A stretch of 63,797 nt of DNA, counting the filler, from Octopus bimaculoides (lineage: Eukaryota), in the NCBI RefSeq assembly GCF_001194135.2. It is 7 parts of 6 records of this genome, joined end to end, with 100 filler letters (N's around TTAATTAATTAA, not from the genome) between each part and the next. Parts side by side here need not be neighbours in the genome. Positions count along the whole stretch, not along the records: positions 26,130 to 39,088 come from NC_068982.1; positions 39,189 to 42,696 come from NC_068990.1; 5 more parts are not named here. The stretch is one strand, 5' to 3'. Of the stretch, positions 27,333-40,500 are shown in pieces. Every line of letters begins with the position of its first letter. Positions within the stretch are counted from its first letter, which is position 1. The notes under the pieces were generated by a model, which saw only the letters and a list, made by a program, of their open reading frames with translations, made no database searches and was not told where the DNA came from. The translations under genes and the position numbers were made by a program.

Positions 27333-27465
27333 AGGAAGGGCATCCAGCCGTAGAAACCATACCAAATCATACTGGAGTCTCGTGCAACCTTCCAGCTTGC
27401 CAGCCCTGGTCAAACCGTCCAACCCATGCCAGCATGGACAAAGGTCGTTAAATGATGATGATGAT
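27333..27465 (+). mobile_element. RTE-type terminal tail just downstream of the array
   Basis: AGGAAGGGCATCCAGCCGTAGAAA...CCAACCCATGCCAGCATGG...TTAAATGATGATGATG. Confidence 0.75.
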
Positions 27466-30400
27466 GTGTTGGTACTCTAAGCCTAAGGAAACATCTGTAA
27501 TTCAAGAAAGAGACAGGGAGTATGTGAGAGGGAAGATGGACAGAGAAAGAACAGATGGAATGGAGAGAATGAGAGACAGAAGTGAGGTTGGATAGAAGTA
27601 GAAGAGAGATGGTTGAGATGAAATAGAGGAAAGAATTAGAGAGGTAGAGAGTAATGGTTATTGTGAGGGAAAGCAAAACAAAATTAAAGAAAAAGATACT
27701 GCACAAGGAGAGAGAGAGAGGGAGAGAGAGAGAGAGAATGAGAGAAAGTGAGAGAGAAAGAGAGAGAGCGGGGTTTAAGATATAAAAGAAACAGGAGAGA
27801 AAGAGACAGAAAAATAGAGTGACAGAGGAGGAGGAAGCTCATAAGACACGTGTTATGACTGGACTGCATTAATGACGAGTGTTGATTTTTACTGGCATTC
27901 GTTTGAATATACATATTAATATATTGATATATTCAGACATTAAGCTTCACTTTTACAGAGGGGAAGATAAAATTCTGAGACCTTAACGCTTTTCCGAAGG
28001 GCACAAATGGTTTAAGTGAAGTGAGTTGACTACAACCAAAATGATCGAAACCGAGTCGCAGATTCGGCTCACCAAGAGTTCACTTGTACTTTATTTTGAT
28101 TCTTCGAATTCAATATATTGAATCATTAAAATTCGTGTAGCCTAAAAATGAGGTTGTTGCTGTGTAGTTTCGGGTGATTTAGCATGTCTATGATATGGAG
28201 GTAATCGATTAATCGACCAAGTACGATCCACAGATCCAATGTTCAAGACATACCTAGTCTCCGTCTAATTGAGGATCATACTGTGCAGTTTTAGCATGTA
28301 GTGGTTTATGTGGTATGTTAATAAGTGCAATGGTTCTCGGCAAATACCAGCCTACTCCAAATATTAGAATAAAATTCTCGCCCCCATTGTTTGTATTCAT
28401 AAAATTATTCTTTCATGATATCAAACGTGTAAAAGTTTTAAACTATCTTAATTTTATTAAACATGGGTAAAATCCTGACAGCTCCGTTTTGACAGTCATC
28501 TAGGGGACACTGGATTTTCCGCTACTGTCATGTCTGTTTTGTAGTGGCGAGAAATAAAGACTGACAGTAAAAAGTCACTAGGAGGAAAGTTGTAGTGAGA
28601 AAGTATATCACATTTTATTAAAATGTTACCAACAAAAGAGGAAATTCAAGAATATTCTAAGTCACTTATTAACTGATAATAAATGGTTTCTGATTCTGAT
28701 GCAAGACCAGCTATCTTAAGGGGCGGCGGGTTACTCGATAGTAACGACTCTAGTACTTGACTAATACTTTATTTTATCAACCTCAAAGGGATGAAAGGCA
28801 AGTTGGTCTCGACAGGATTTGAACTCAACAAACGCTTTAGTTTAACCCATTTTCCGATGCTACAACTATTCTGCCAGCTCGCCGGCCTTTATTCACAGAT
28901 AATAATGCTATAATTAGTATACAATGACAATACAATTTATATTACAGGTGTAACAGTAGGAGAGGGGAAAGCACGTTTATTCAATATCTTCAATAAAACA
29001 AAACAACAGAAACATTTGAAATTTGGGGGAGGAGACTAGTTGATTACATCGACCCAGTGTTTCACTGGTACTTAATTTATCGACCCCGAAAGGACGGAAA
29101 GTAAAGTCGACTCCAAAAGAATGAAAGACAAAGTCGACCCCAAAAGGATGAAAAGCAAAGTCGACCTCGGCGGAATTTATAATAATGACAATCCTTTCTT
29201 CATTTACCACTGAGAGTTTATATAAAAGATTGGGGACGGCACAGACAACACAACACAAAAAGAATGGGATTTAATCGTTTAAGGGGGTAATAACAATGAA
29301 AATATGACAAATAAAGGTTAACGTTGACATTATTACTCGGAAACATTTTCCACTATAGGTACAAGGCCTGGATTTTTGTAGGGAGGCAGACAATCGATTA
29401 CATCGAACCCTGTAATTGACTGTTACTTGAACCGTTAGTACTCTGGGCAAATTGCTTAGCGGCATTTCGTCCATCTCTACGTTCTGAGTTCAAATTCCGC
29501 CAATGTCGACTTTATTTTTCATCTTTTTGGGGTCGATAAAATAAGTACCAGGTGAACACTTGGGTCGATGTAATCTACTTAACACCTCCCTTGAAATTAA
29601 AGGCCTTGAGCCAAAATCTGAAACCAATATTATCATTACTATTATTTTGCGCTTGTTGATTCTAACTGTGGCCACAGCGGGAGTAGGCAAAGAGAACTTG
29701 GTGCACAGGAATTGCTTTTCTTTGCATTTGAGGTGTACATCCTATGCACGTTATTTGAGGCTCTCCTTTTAAGTGTATTTGTTGTCTTATGTTTGCTTGA
29801 TGCTATAGACATGTCAGTGTTTATGGATGGTTGAACATGTGTAGGGGCAGGAACTGGTGGTTGGTATTCCTGCGACAGCCTCTTCCCACCCGCGTTTCCA
29901 ATTGGTTTCATTTTCAATATTTTTTGTTTCGTTGTGTAGGTTGATCGGGGTGGGACCTGTGCTAACATGAAGTATGCTGGATGCACCGAAGTCGAAGAAA
30001 GAAACTCTGCATTGTCGTTTGATATGTTAGATAAACAAACAAGCATCCCTTAAATTACTCCCTGTAATCTTAAGAAAAGGAAGGACATACTCAGTCCTGA
30101 ATACATTGTTATAGATAAAGACAGGATTGTCTCAGAATGCCAATATGACGACGAAAAAGTGAGGCTACGGTGTAACAAGTGTGTGTTCCGTCCAGGGCAG
30201 CTTGAGATTTCCCCCTCCCCACAAAAATATAACGCATTGTACAGTGCCGCTACTATAAAAACGTCCTTGGGGTGGTCCGCCACCCTCCCACTCACCAGTT
30301 ATTCTACTGGTGTGTAGTATGTTTGGATGTTGTGCGGAAGGGAGAAAGAATCAGGACCTTTATCAAGGAAAGAATTAGACACGCACTTGCGATGAATAAT

Positions 30401-33400
30401 TAGATTCTACTTTCATATTTTAGGTTGCTTTCGCGGGCGATTTTATAATGCCATACTGAGCTGATGTACTGCTTATGGAAAAAATGTGAAAGTTGTGGAA
30501 TGTATTTAAACCTTTATAAAATAACAGTCCTGTTTTTAAGGTTTATTTGTTTATGCAGTCACGGGCAACCTTTTTCGAGAAGCAGGCCATACACTAGCGG
30601 AGCTGGAGGGAGCAATATGTATTTTTATGTGGATCCGGGGTCGGCAAACTGAAGCGCCGTCTCACTCTAGCTTAGCTGGCGGGGGGGGGGGGGGGGGCAT
30701 ACTACTAAACAAATTCAAGGTAGTTTTTCGTTGGCGTGCTATTCAGAAAGTACAGGGGGTCACAGTTTGCTTATGATTGGTTTATGAAGATAAAACAATG
30801 CCCAATATCTTTCGGGGAAACAAAGTTGATAAAAAGAGGATAAATATGAACTATCTCAAAGTGGTCCCAAGTAAGGACATTTCTGTGATTAATTATTATC
30901 TTAATCTGTCTATATAATGTACGACTAACTCACAAAACCTCATCAACGAAATTAGGGATAAAATTGTATTGTTTGAAATTAAACTTTGAACAGGAATAAA
31001 AACGAAACATGAACGAAGTTGGCTGTACTGGACCTTCGTAACCTCTGTTGATAAAAAGAATACCGCTGAGACTTAAAAACACAAGATATAGCCTAAAGTA
31101 AAATATAGGTTTAATATCAAGTTTTAGGGAAAAACCGGTCCTTAATTTGTGTAGCCCTTTAATCCTTCTCTTGCTCTACACACGTACACAGTGAAATCCT
31201 GAAAGCACAAGTCATTCTGACTCACCTACACGACCTTAATCAGCTAAAATTTTCGTTATCTCGTGGATAGTGCGTTTACTTTTTTTTTAAAGATCACTGA
31301 TAAATGAAATCTGGGATTTTGAAGTCAAAATATTTTATATAAGAACATAAACATACAACAATATTTCGAAATATCTGAAACCAAATAAGAATTATAATGG
31401 ATCTAATAAACAGGACAAAATTGAGAAAAATGAAGGTTTGAACAAATAATTCACCACAATAAAAAGAAGAGGCAACACAAGGAAGCAGGAAATAAATGTT
31501 ACAACCCCCACGTGAATAGTTGAATGATAATATTGTATTGTTGGTAGACTGATGTCATCTCTTTACCATTTGTTTGCGCCCCTCTTGTGTTTCCTTAGTT
31601 CATTTACTGTCTCTAACTGCAGAGACTACTACCACTGTTGCCATCTGCCACATCTCAGCTGCTGCAAATAGTGTTGTTGCTACCACCACAAGTACCACTC
31701 TCGTTCACCAACAGACACTGCTACCATTGCTATATTCTCTCTCTTTCTCCCTCCCATCACATTAGCAATTAAAATCTACATTTTCTCTACCCACCCTGAC
31801 GAAAAGTGGTTTACAACTGTACTATCAGTGCTATCATAGCTACAACACGCATACTCATACACACATAGATACATGTACACATACATAGTTATTGTAGTGT
31901 GTATACAATAGAGGAGTTGGTGTAGAGACACATTTTACGTCTATCTATATTCACCTGTTTTAAAATTTTCTCTTTGGAATTATTAAATGTGGACACATCA
32001 GTTTTATTAAAGATTCCAGTTGCTTCAAATATCAGAACATTGGGACACATTGACTGGGAGCAGTGGGTAAGTTTGTCGCTTCACAAATATTTATTTTCTC
32101 TCCGTATAAATATAAAAACAAATGTTTCTTTCGTTTTCATTTTTGTTTTCGCATCTTCCTATAAATAACACAACCGATCTCATTGTAGAGGATGAAGATG
32201 ATTATGTTGTTGTTGGTGGGGGTATAATGATGACTGTCATCATCATCATTCTTATTACCGCGATGACTATTGCAAGTACTAATAATAATGATATAATGTT
32301 GATTGCTGTTATCTTCGTCATTGAATAACAGGACTTTAATAATAATAATAATCGTTTCTTTATGTGCCACAACAGTGACGAACGAGGGGACATTACAAGG
32401 ACAAATAATGATGATGATTTCCTTATATGTTATTAGGATAGAAAAGAGCAAAGAAATGTATGTAAATTATTGAATATAAATAATAATTGTAATCGTGAAA
32501 TAAAAACGAATTACCACCAAAGTATGCTCAAATCACTGCCATACCTCAGCCCCCTAATTGAATTACCACCTAGGTATTAGATCACTTCTATATATTGAAT
32601 CTGGTATTCACTTCCAGTAACTTCAACTAATACCTAAAATATTAGAACACCTCCATGCCTTAGTCACCCTAACTGATTTACTACTTCGATATGATTAGAT
32701 AAGCTGCATGCTTCAGTCTTCCTGGTTTACAGCCTAGGTATCATTAAGACTATCTCCTTATTCCGGATATCCTGATTTACCGCCCAGGCATGATTAAAAC
32801 TTGTTGAATGTTTACTATATTTTTACTATGTGTAACAGTCCACATTTAATGTCTTTAAGATTCCCATATCTTAAGAGGAAAAAAGGGAATATTTTTAGAT
32901 TCACCACTAATCTGACTGTCGTTATTTTTATACACAGTAACAGGTTGGTGGGGTAAAAATAAAATGTTTAACCTGAATTTTGTATGAATTAGTACAGCAT
33001 TATTATGTCTGCCTAGTTTTAATAATCAAATTGGAAACAATAATCATCCACCGCAGATCAATACTGGCGTAAAGACACGTTCCTAAAAATTTAATTTTTT
33101 TTTGTCTTAGCCATTGCACCGTCCGCTAACTCTTTCTTTTTGCTAAAACACGTTTAATTAAATCAACCTTTCACATTCTCTTGTAACCAACTCTTTCAGA
33201 TATGCACCTATAAATGCATCAACCTTTTCTTCTTATTGCACTCTTTATTCTAATCAACTTACACATATATAATCGCTAATTTTTGTCGTTAATTCCACTG
33301 TTTTGCAATCCATTTTTACGATGTCTGTCGGAATAAATGCTTTGCATTATTTCTTCCAATTCTTTACGTTCTGAATTCAAACCCTACTGAGGCCAAATTT

Positions 33401-36400
33401 ATCTTCCGTTCTTTCAGGGCCGCTAAAACGAAGTACCAGTCAACTACAGGGAACTATGTAATCGACTAACCCCCTCCCCGCCTTGTGCTTAAATCATAAA
33501 CAATTGTTATATTGTTAGAAATCAACATCATTATTAATTATATCTGCGTATATTGAACGTTTAAACACGGCTCCTCTTCTACTCTCAGCCATTACTTAAA
33601 ATCGATTTTATACGTTTTTCTTTATAGGTCGTTATTTATTTATTCTTTCTTTGTCTGACTGTTCAGTAAATTCGACTGGTGATAGTTGTGTTTCAGTCAC
33701 AGATATCAATAGAGAACAATCTCTTGTTATGTTCATTTACTACCTGCAATCACAATGGCAGTAGGAATATTTCTTACAACTTAATTCTTCAGTTTAATTT
33801 AGTAAAAGATAATACTTAATAACTAAGAGCATAAATAAAAAGATAATTCTTAATAACTAAAAACATAAATAAATAATTTGGTTTAGTTATTCAAGAAATG
33901 AAATCTTAGCCAATTTATATTAAAAGTGAAGCTGATTGAAACTTCTTCGGACCAAAGTCTAGTGCACTTGTAAAAATTTACCAATATCTCTTACTTCAGT
34001 AGTTAGGCTTCATATTGAATATATAACTTGCACCCCTATTATTGTCGTGTTGCTTGCTGTTGCAAACATTCTGACCATTGCTACAATAGGTTTTAAAAGG
34101 GTACTGTTTTCTTCCTCTGTCACGACTTTCTCATACGATGTGATAAAAGAAGCTACTATTTTCAAATTTCACAAATTGATTTTGTTGTTTTACTTATTCA
34201 TTGTTATGAAATAATTATTTCATTTATATTGTCTGTAATATGTCATGTTCATATTTAAATATAAAAACATGTCGTAAAGGAAAAATTGGTCCTAACTCGA
34301 CCAACATAATTGAAGAGAAAACAACTCCCTACTTAATTTTACATTCAGTCTTGTGTCTGGAAACAAATCAATAAACGGTAGCAATTTTCGTGATATTCTT
34401 TCTTTGGATAAGCTTATTATATCCTTCTAATGTCGATAATGCTACCAGCAGACATAGCACATGTAGGCTCTAACACTACCTGTATCATACATGCACACGC
34501 ACCTCTATTTTATTAGCTGACAGGTTGGCAACTATAATAAAGTGAAAATAACAGAAAGGCGGTGGTGTCCGATTAACTCATTCCAGACTGAGAGTAAAGA
34601 TGTTAATCGAGCCAATGGATGGTTTAATTCGTAACATCGGAAATTTCCCACTGCCTTATTAAAATTTTCGGTGAAGAACATTTTGTTATTGTCGAATAGA
34701 ATTTGTAGCTTTATTGCCATATCTGATAATGAATCAAGCTCTTTTCTAACCAAACCCAAATTAACTTGCAAAGTGCTCATCCAATCATGATATATTAAAA
34801 TATACTACAGCATGTTAATAGATGTATTATCAAGGCTCAGAGTGTTACAATAGTAGCAGACCACACCATTAGGTTACTGAGTCAACTGCATTCAAACCAA
34901 GTGTTAGGTTCGTGGTCGGACCCAATTTTCCACTTGATGTTTGTTGGCGAGAACCAGAAAGAAATAGTTATCATATTAGGATCTTAAGATCCTCAGATTC
35001 TGTCATGATGGAAAAATCTAAAGAAACCCGTGATATTGTGAAACGAACATAAATTTTATAAACTGTCTTTTGAAGGGAGTTAATTCAAATGTTTCTTCTG
35101 AAAGCATTTGCTATTTCAGCCAGGACACTAACTGGGCTGCTTTTGTTAAGGTGCTCACTGTCTGAAATAATGATCGTGGGGTAACAAACTAAGAATCAAA
35201 GAAACCAGGACTGTAACAAACAGTTAATTTTCTGGAAAAAAAAATATGCCGTAGCTAGAATCTGATCTCAATAAATAAATCCCCTTTTTTCTGAGAGATA
35301 TATATTGTTTACTTGTTTAGATCATTAAATTGCGGTCATGCTGAGGCACCACCTTGAAGAATCGACCCCAGTACTTTTTTTTAAAGCCTGGTACTTATTT
35401 TATTGGTCTCTTTTGCCGAGCCTCTAAGTTATGGGGACGTAAACACACCGACTCCGTTTGTCAAGTGGTAGTAGTGGACAAACACAAAGACACACACACA
35501 CATACGACAGGCTTCTTTCATTACTTATTTCGTTATTGCCCACAAGGGGCTAAACATAGAGGGGACAAACAAGGGCAGACAAAGGGATTAAGTCGATTAC
35601 ATCGACTCCAGTGCGTAACTGGTACTTTATTTATCGACCCCGAAAAGATGAAAGGCAAAGTTGACCTCGGCGGAATTTGAACTCAGAACGTAACAGCAGA
35701 CGAAATACTGCTAAGCATTTCACCCGGAGCGCTAACGTTTCTGCCAGCTCGCTGCTTCTTTCTGTTTCTGCCTACCAAATCCACTCTCAAGGCTTTTTGG
35801 TCGACCCAAGGATATAGTAGAAAGCACTTGCCCAAAGTGCTACATAATGGGACTGAACCTGGAACCATGTGGTCAGGAAGCAAACTTTTTAACCACACAG
35901 CCATGCCTGTGCCTATATACTTTATTTTTGTAAAGATTTTTTTTTTCATATTACATTGGGTTAATTCAAATCTGTTTACTTTTGTTGTTGGCATTATGAT
36001 CAACCACTCTGTACTTTTGAAGACTTGTGAAATACAGTTTCTCTTAAAAAGCAGGCAAGAGTTTGTGACAAAAAGAGCATCCATCTGTAAAATCCTGCTA
36101 CAAATATGTTCTCATCTAACCCATATTAGTATAGGAAATAGGCATAGAAGATGAAAAATGAACTTTGACTTCTACTGTATGACGGCTTCTACTACTTGGA
36201 ACTAGCAAGCTGTGTACCACTTTCTAAGCCTATCTCTTGTATTCATATTGTATCTTGGTTTTCAAAATACATTTAAACATTTCTCCTATTCCTTCATCCA
36301 CAAAACTGTAGTCTTCTAGAACTCTTTCTCTGTTCTTTGTTTTCTATCAAACAGTAAAATAGTTCAAACTGAATATCAACCACATTTAGCTTATCAATCT

Positions 36401-36579
36401 AGGAGGGCCTATAAAGGTTATCAGTACCCTCTGTCTTTCTCTGACTAAATGATAGTAATGCAAGCTGTGTTAAGAAATATCATGAAAATTATATATGTTC
36501 TCTACCAATACAATTGTTTTAAATATGTCAACATCTGTTACATAAGACTTATTTCATCACAAACATCATCCTTCTTTTC

Positions 36580-36930
36580 TTCATCATCATCATCATCATC
36601 TAACGTCCGCTTTCCATGCTAGCATGGGTTGGACGATTTGACTGAGGACTGGTGAAACCCGATGGCTACACCAGGCTCCAATCTGATTTGGCAGAGTTTC
36701 TACAGCTGGATGCCCTTCCTAATGCCAACCACTCCGAGAGTGTAGTGAGTGCTTTTACGTGCCACCGGCACAAAGGCCAGTCAGGCGGTACTGGCAACGG
36801 CCATGCTCAAAATGGTGTATTTTACGTGCCACCCACACAAGAGCCAGTCCAGCGGCACTGGCAACAATCTCGCTCGAAAGTCCTTACACATGCCACGGGC
36901 ACAAGTGCCAGAAAGGCGACGCTGGGCGTT
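36580..36930 (-). mobile_element. RTE 3'UTR copy with three internal ~62-bp units
   Basis: Reverse complement closely matches 62400-62682, with one extra upstream unit and a (GAT)n tail. Confidence 0.82.
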
Positions 36931-38851
36931 GGTGACTGTAATATTTGTTTTAAGAAACTGATTTTTTATGAATAGAAACAAACAATAAAATCAAATATGG
37001 CTTTATTTTGATGTGATTGCAGAGGAAACATTGATTGTAAGTTGTTAGATTATGCTTACTTCTTTATATGAGCTAGTCTGTGGTCACATTTCTCTATAGC
37101 TAAACTTGTGATGTCATATAATAATATATTTTTTATAAATGTGCCCCTTGTAAATATTCTTAAATATAGGGTGATAGATTTGTAGAATTATTACAGCATT
37201 GGACAAAATACCACATAGTAATTAACCCTTTAATATTTAAACCAGCCACATCTGACCAAAATATTCTACAAGTTTTATGATCAAATCAGCCATTTCTAGC
37301 CTCTCACACCAACACTACAATATCATTCTAAAAATTAACAGTAACCTCATAAAAATCTCCAAGCTACAAAGTAATACATGATTAATTCAAAACTAATGTG
37401 ACTAAATGAGCATTGCTTTTGACAGAATAATGTAAATGCTAAAGGGTTAATTATTGTCCCTTACATTCTGAGTCAAATATCATTGAAGTCAACTTTGCCT
37501 ATCACCTTTCTAGGGTTGATGTATTTAATTGTATGTTTTCCAAAAATTCTAATTCTTGTGCTCTCTAATCATAACTTTTGTGATGAGAGATATAAGTTTA
37601 AACAGAGGTGTGGGAATGAGGATCCATCTGAATGGTATAACAACTATAAATAGCAAATGTAACTTTAAATAACTGTTTCAAATTGTTGCACAAGGCTAGC
37701 AGTTTTAGGGAGAAGGGTTAGTCAATTACGTCAGCCTCAGTACTTGGCTAGTACTTTATTTTAGCAACTCTGGAAGGATGAAAGGCAAAGTTGACCTTGC
37801 GAGTTTTTGAACTCAGGATGTAAAGAACTGGAAGAAATACTGCTAAGCATTTTGTCCAGCACATCAATGATTCTACCTGCTCACTGCCTTAAATGTAGCT
37901 ATAAATAATACAATAAGAAAAGTAACAGAAAAACAGATTCTTTATTTGGGGACATAAGAGACACAGTAGTCACGAAGTTAAGGTTTTATTTTATAAGTTA
38001 GCCTGGGGAAGAGGGGCAATGTACATGATCTTGGCAGATTCTCTTCAGATTGGTGAGATTGATGGAGTTGTTGTTCAGTTTGAACATCTGTAAGTTAATG
38101 TGAATATATATATATATAAAAAAAGCAATATGGTTGGAAAAAAAGGACTAGATAAAATTGTCAGATCTCGTTGAGTGTGTATGTTTGAGGCAGATAATTC
38201 AGCCTGCTAGTACAGAGAAGCTTGGCTACTAACCTCAAATACAGAATTTTAGACCATATATTTGGAAATTAAAATCTGACCACATCCACTGTCTTGTGCC
38301 CCTTGATCTGGTGTACATAGATTCTCCATTCCTTACTTCATAGTTGAGTGGTTAGGATTAGCATTAAGAAAGACCTGCTCCATCTGTAAAGATGCTCTTA
38401 CATTCAGTACATTCATGTTCAAGACAAACATTAACTGCTTCAATCTCACTGTGACAGAAAACCCAAAAAAGCCACTGACACAGCCTCTTCTTTTTAGACG
38501 AAACCAATAAAAAGGAAAACCATCCGATATAGGCAAACATAGAAAAACGGATTGTAAAAATGGATAAGAAAACACTTTCAGCTAAGAATAGGACAACTGC
38601 GAATGTTGATAGAATCTATAATGTGATGCTGACATTTCTTCTCTCTGGCACATGATTAGATGTTGATTGAAATATTCATGAATATATGTTTGTATGTCAA
38701 GGTACACATATAGGTGCAGATTAATAGTTTACTTTATAAATGCATATCTATATGTTGAAAATATGTGTTTGTTAAGGTCAGCTGTTTTGTGTGTGTGTCT
38801 GTGTATATATCTATGTACACATATAAAATATATACATACACTATTAGATAT

Positions 38852-39088
38852 ATTATTTACATTATTTACATTTGACGGATATTCGTCTTCATCTTGTTTG
38901 TTGTTAACACAACGTTTCGGCTGATATACCCTCCAGCCTTCGTCAGGTGTCTTGGGGAAATTTCGAACCTGGGTTCTCATTCCTATCGATGTTACTATTA
39001 TTATTATTATATTATTATTATTATATTATTATTATTATTATTATTACTATTATTATTACTATTATTAATCAGGTCGCTGCTGTGAATC
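38852..39088 (-). mobile_element. Second copy of the hammerhead-bearing SINE-like element (head cut by a gap)
   Basis: Same body as 55088-55215, then (AAT)n, then GATTCACAGCAGCGACCTG, homologous to the 3' end of the tRNA-like head of the 55 kb copy. Tail is AATGTAAAT x2. Confidence 0.68.
38906..38951 (-). ncRNA. Minimal type I hammerhead ribozyme motif
   Basis: Minus strand: GACAC CUGACGA A GGCUG-GAGGGUAUAU-CAGCC GAA ACGU U GUGUU. It has a complete catalytic core, a 5-bp stem II, a palindromic ACGU helix III, a GUU cleavage triplet and a 5-bp stem I (GACAC/GUGUU). Confidence 0.8.
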
Positions 39089-39372
39089 NNNNNNNNNNNN
39101 NNNNNNNNNNNNNNNNNNNNNNNNNNNNNNNNTTAATTAATTAANNNNNNNNNNNNNNNNNNNNNNNNNNNNNNNNNNNNNNNNNNNNACGCACACGCAC
39201 GCACACGCACGCACGCACGCACGCACACACACACATATATATATGCATGCAAATAAGCAAGGGTATGGCTATGTGGTTAAGAAGTTTGCTTCGCAACTAA
39301 ATTGTTTCGGGACCATTCCCACTGTGCACTACCTTAGAAAGTGTATTCCACAACACCTCCACCATAGATATA

Positions 39373-39688
39373 TAATCAGTATATGATTGAACTTATTAAA
39401 CAAAGCTCAACAAATTCATTCATTTTTATGTAATGAAGGAGATTGGATGTTAAAACAGGTTATAGTTTTTATTGTTATACAATTGTTTCATACAAATGGA
39501 CCCAGATATTAATAAATAGAACATTGTTGTTCTATTTATGATTATCTGGGACCATTTGTATGAAACAATTGTATAGCAATATGAAAAATAAAAACTATAA
39601 CCCACTTTAACATTCAATTTCATTTCATTTCATAAATATGAATGAATTTGTTGAACTTGGTTTAATAGGTTAAGTCGTATACTGATTA
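39373..39688. mobile_element. Fold-back MITE, ~150-bp inverted arms
   Basis: TAATCAGTAT...TAGAAC attgtt GTTCTA...ATACTGATTA forms a near-perfect palindrome, best conserved in the inner ~45 bp. Confidence 0.75.
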
Positions 39689-39886
39689 TTTCAATACAAG
39701 CTTTCATATCTATAGGAATTTCTTTTTTTAAATTCGAAAGTAAAGTATGAAGAAAAGACACTAAAAATCTGAGGAAAAAATTCCAATTAAAAGACAATCA
39801 AATATTCATCCGATAAAATATGAAATATATATGATATATAAATATTTATATATGTATGTATGTACGTATGCATGCATGTATGTATG

Positions 39887-39961
<75 letters not shown>

Positions 39962-39964
39962 CAA

Positions 39965-40500
39965 AAGAGACGACACCTGCGTCGTGCAAATTTTTTTTCT
40001 AATCCCAGACGTCGCGATCATTTGTAGTGTATGAATTAAGGATTTGCATTCTCTCCCCAAGATACCAAGTTCAGCCATATTTTGCTCTAGATGGGTTGGT
40101 GTGTATCCTGTTGCTCCACTAATAGTGGGTATGAAGCTGAAAGTGTGTTTTGGGTCCTGGATTTGCAAACTCCTTATCAATGGTCCATAGCTGTCCTCTT
40201 TCTCTTGTATTCATCTAAACACATTTGTGTCCACAGCAGAGCATATCTTTTTTTGTGTGTGTCTCACACAACGATATCTGCCCGGTTGTGTTTAACTTTG
40301 TGGCTCTTTTAATTTTCAAGATCCACCAGTATTCTTTTGACCCATCGATATGGTCAACTTCGTTTATAGATATTTTGTTTTGTTATCCTGTTCCAGACTG
40401 TTCTGACCACCGTAACATGCCTCATAGGATGATAATACTAGCTCCAGCATAGAGGATATTGTGGCCTCTTGGCAGAAACGGCCGTAAGGAACTGAGCTTT
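39965..40500 (-). pseudogene. R4/Dong-type RLE non-LTR retrotransposon C-terminal fragment, second copy
   Basis: RFCQE...PMRH...KEYWWILKIK...HNRADIVV...YGPLIRSLQIQDPKHTFSFIPTISGATGY...LIHTLQMIATSG. Shows a CCHC remnant plus a PD-type nuclease motif and is related to the 24.9 kb fragment. Confidence 0.72.

Noticed and set aside
30555-30660. hAT/Charlie-like TIR words (GGGCAACCTTTTT, GGGGTCGGCAAACT)
   Set aside because: Both are in the same orientation with no matching inverted partner or 8-bp TSD.
36630-36680. CTGAGGA-CTGGT-GAAAC on the antisense strand of RTE tails
   Set aside because: No stem II can form and no NUH/stem III follows; a coincidental hammerhead-like string.
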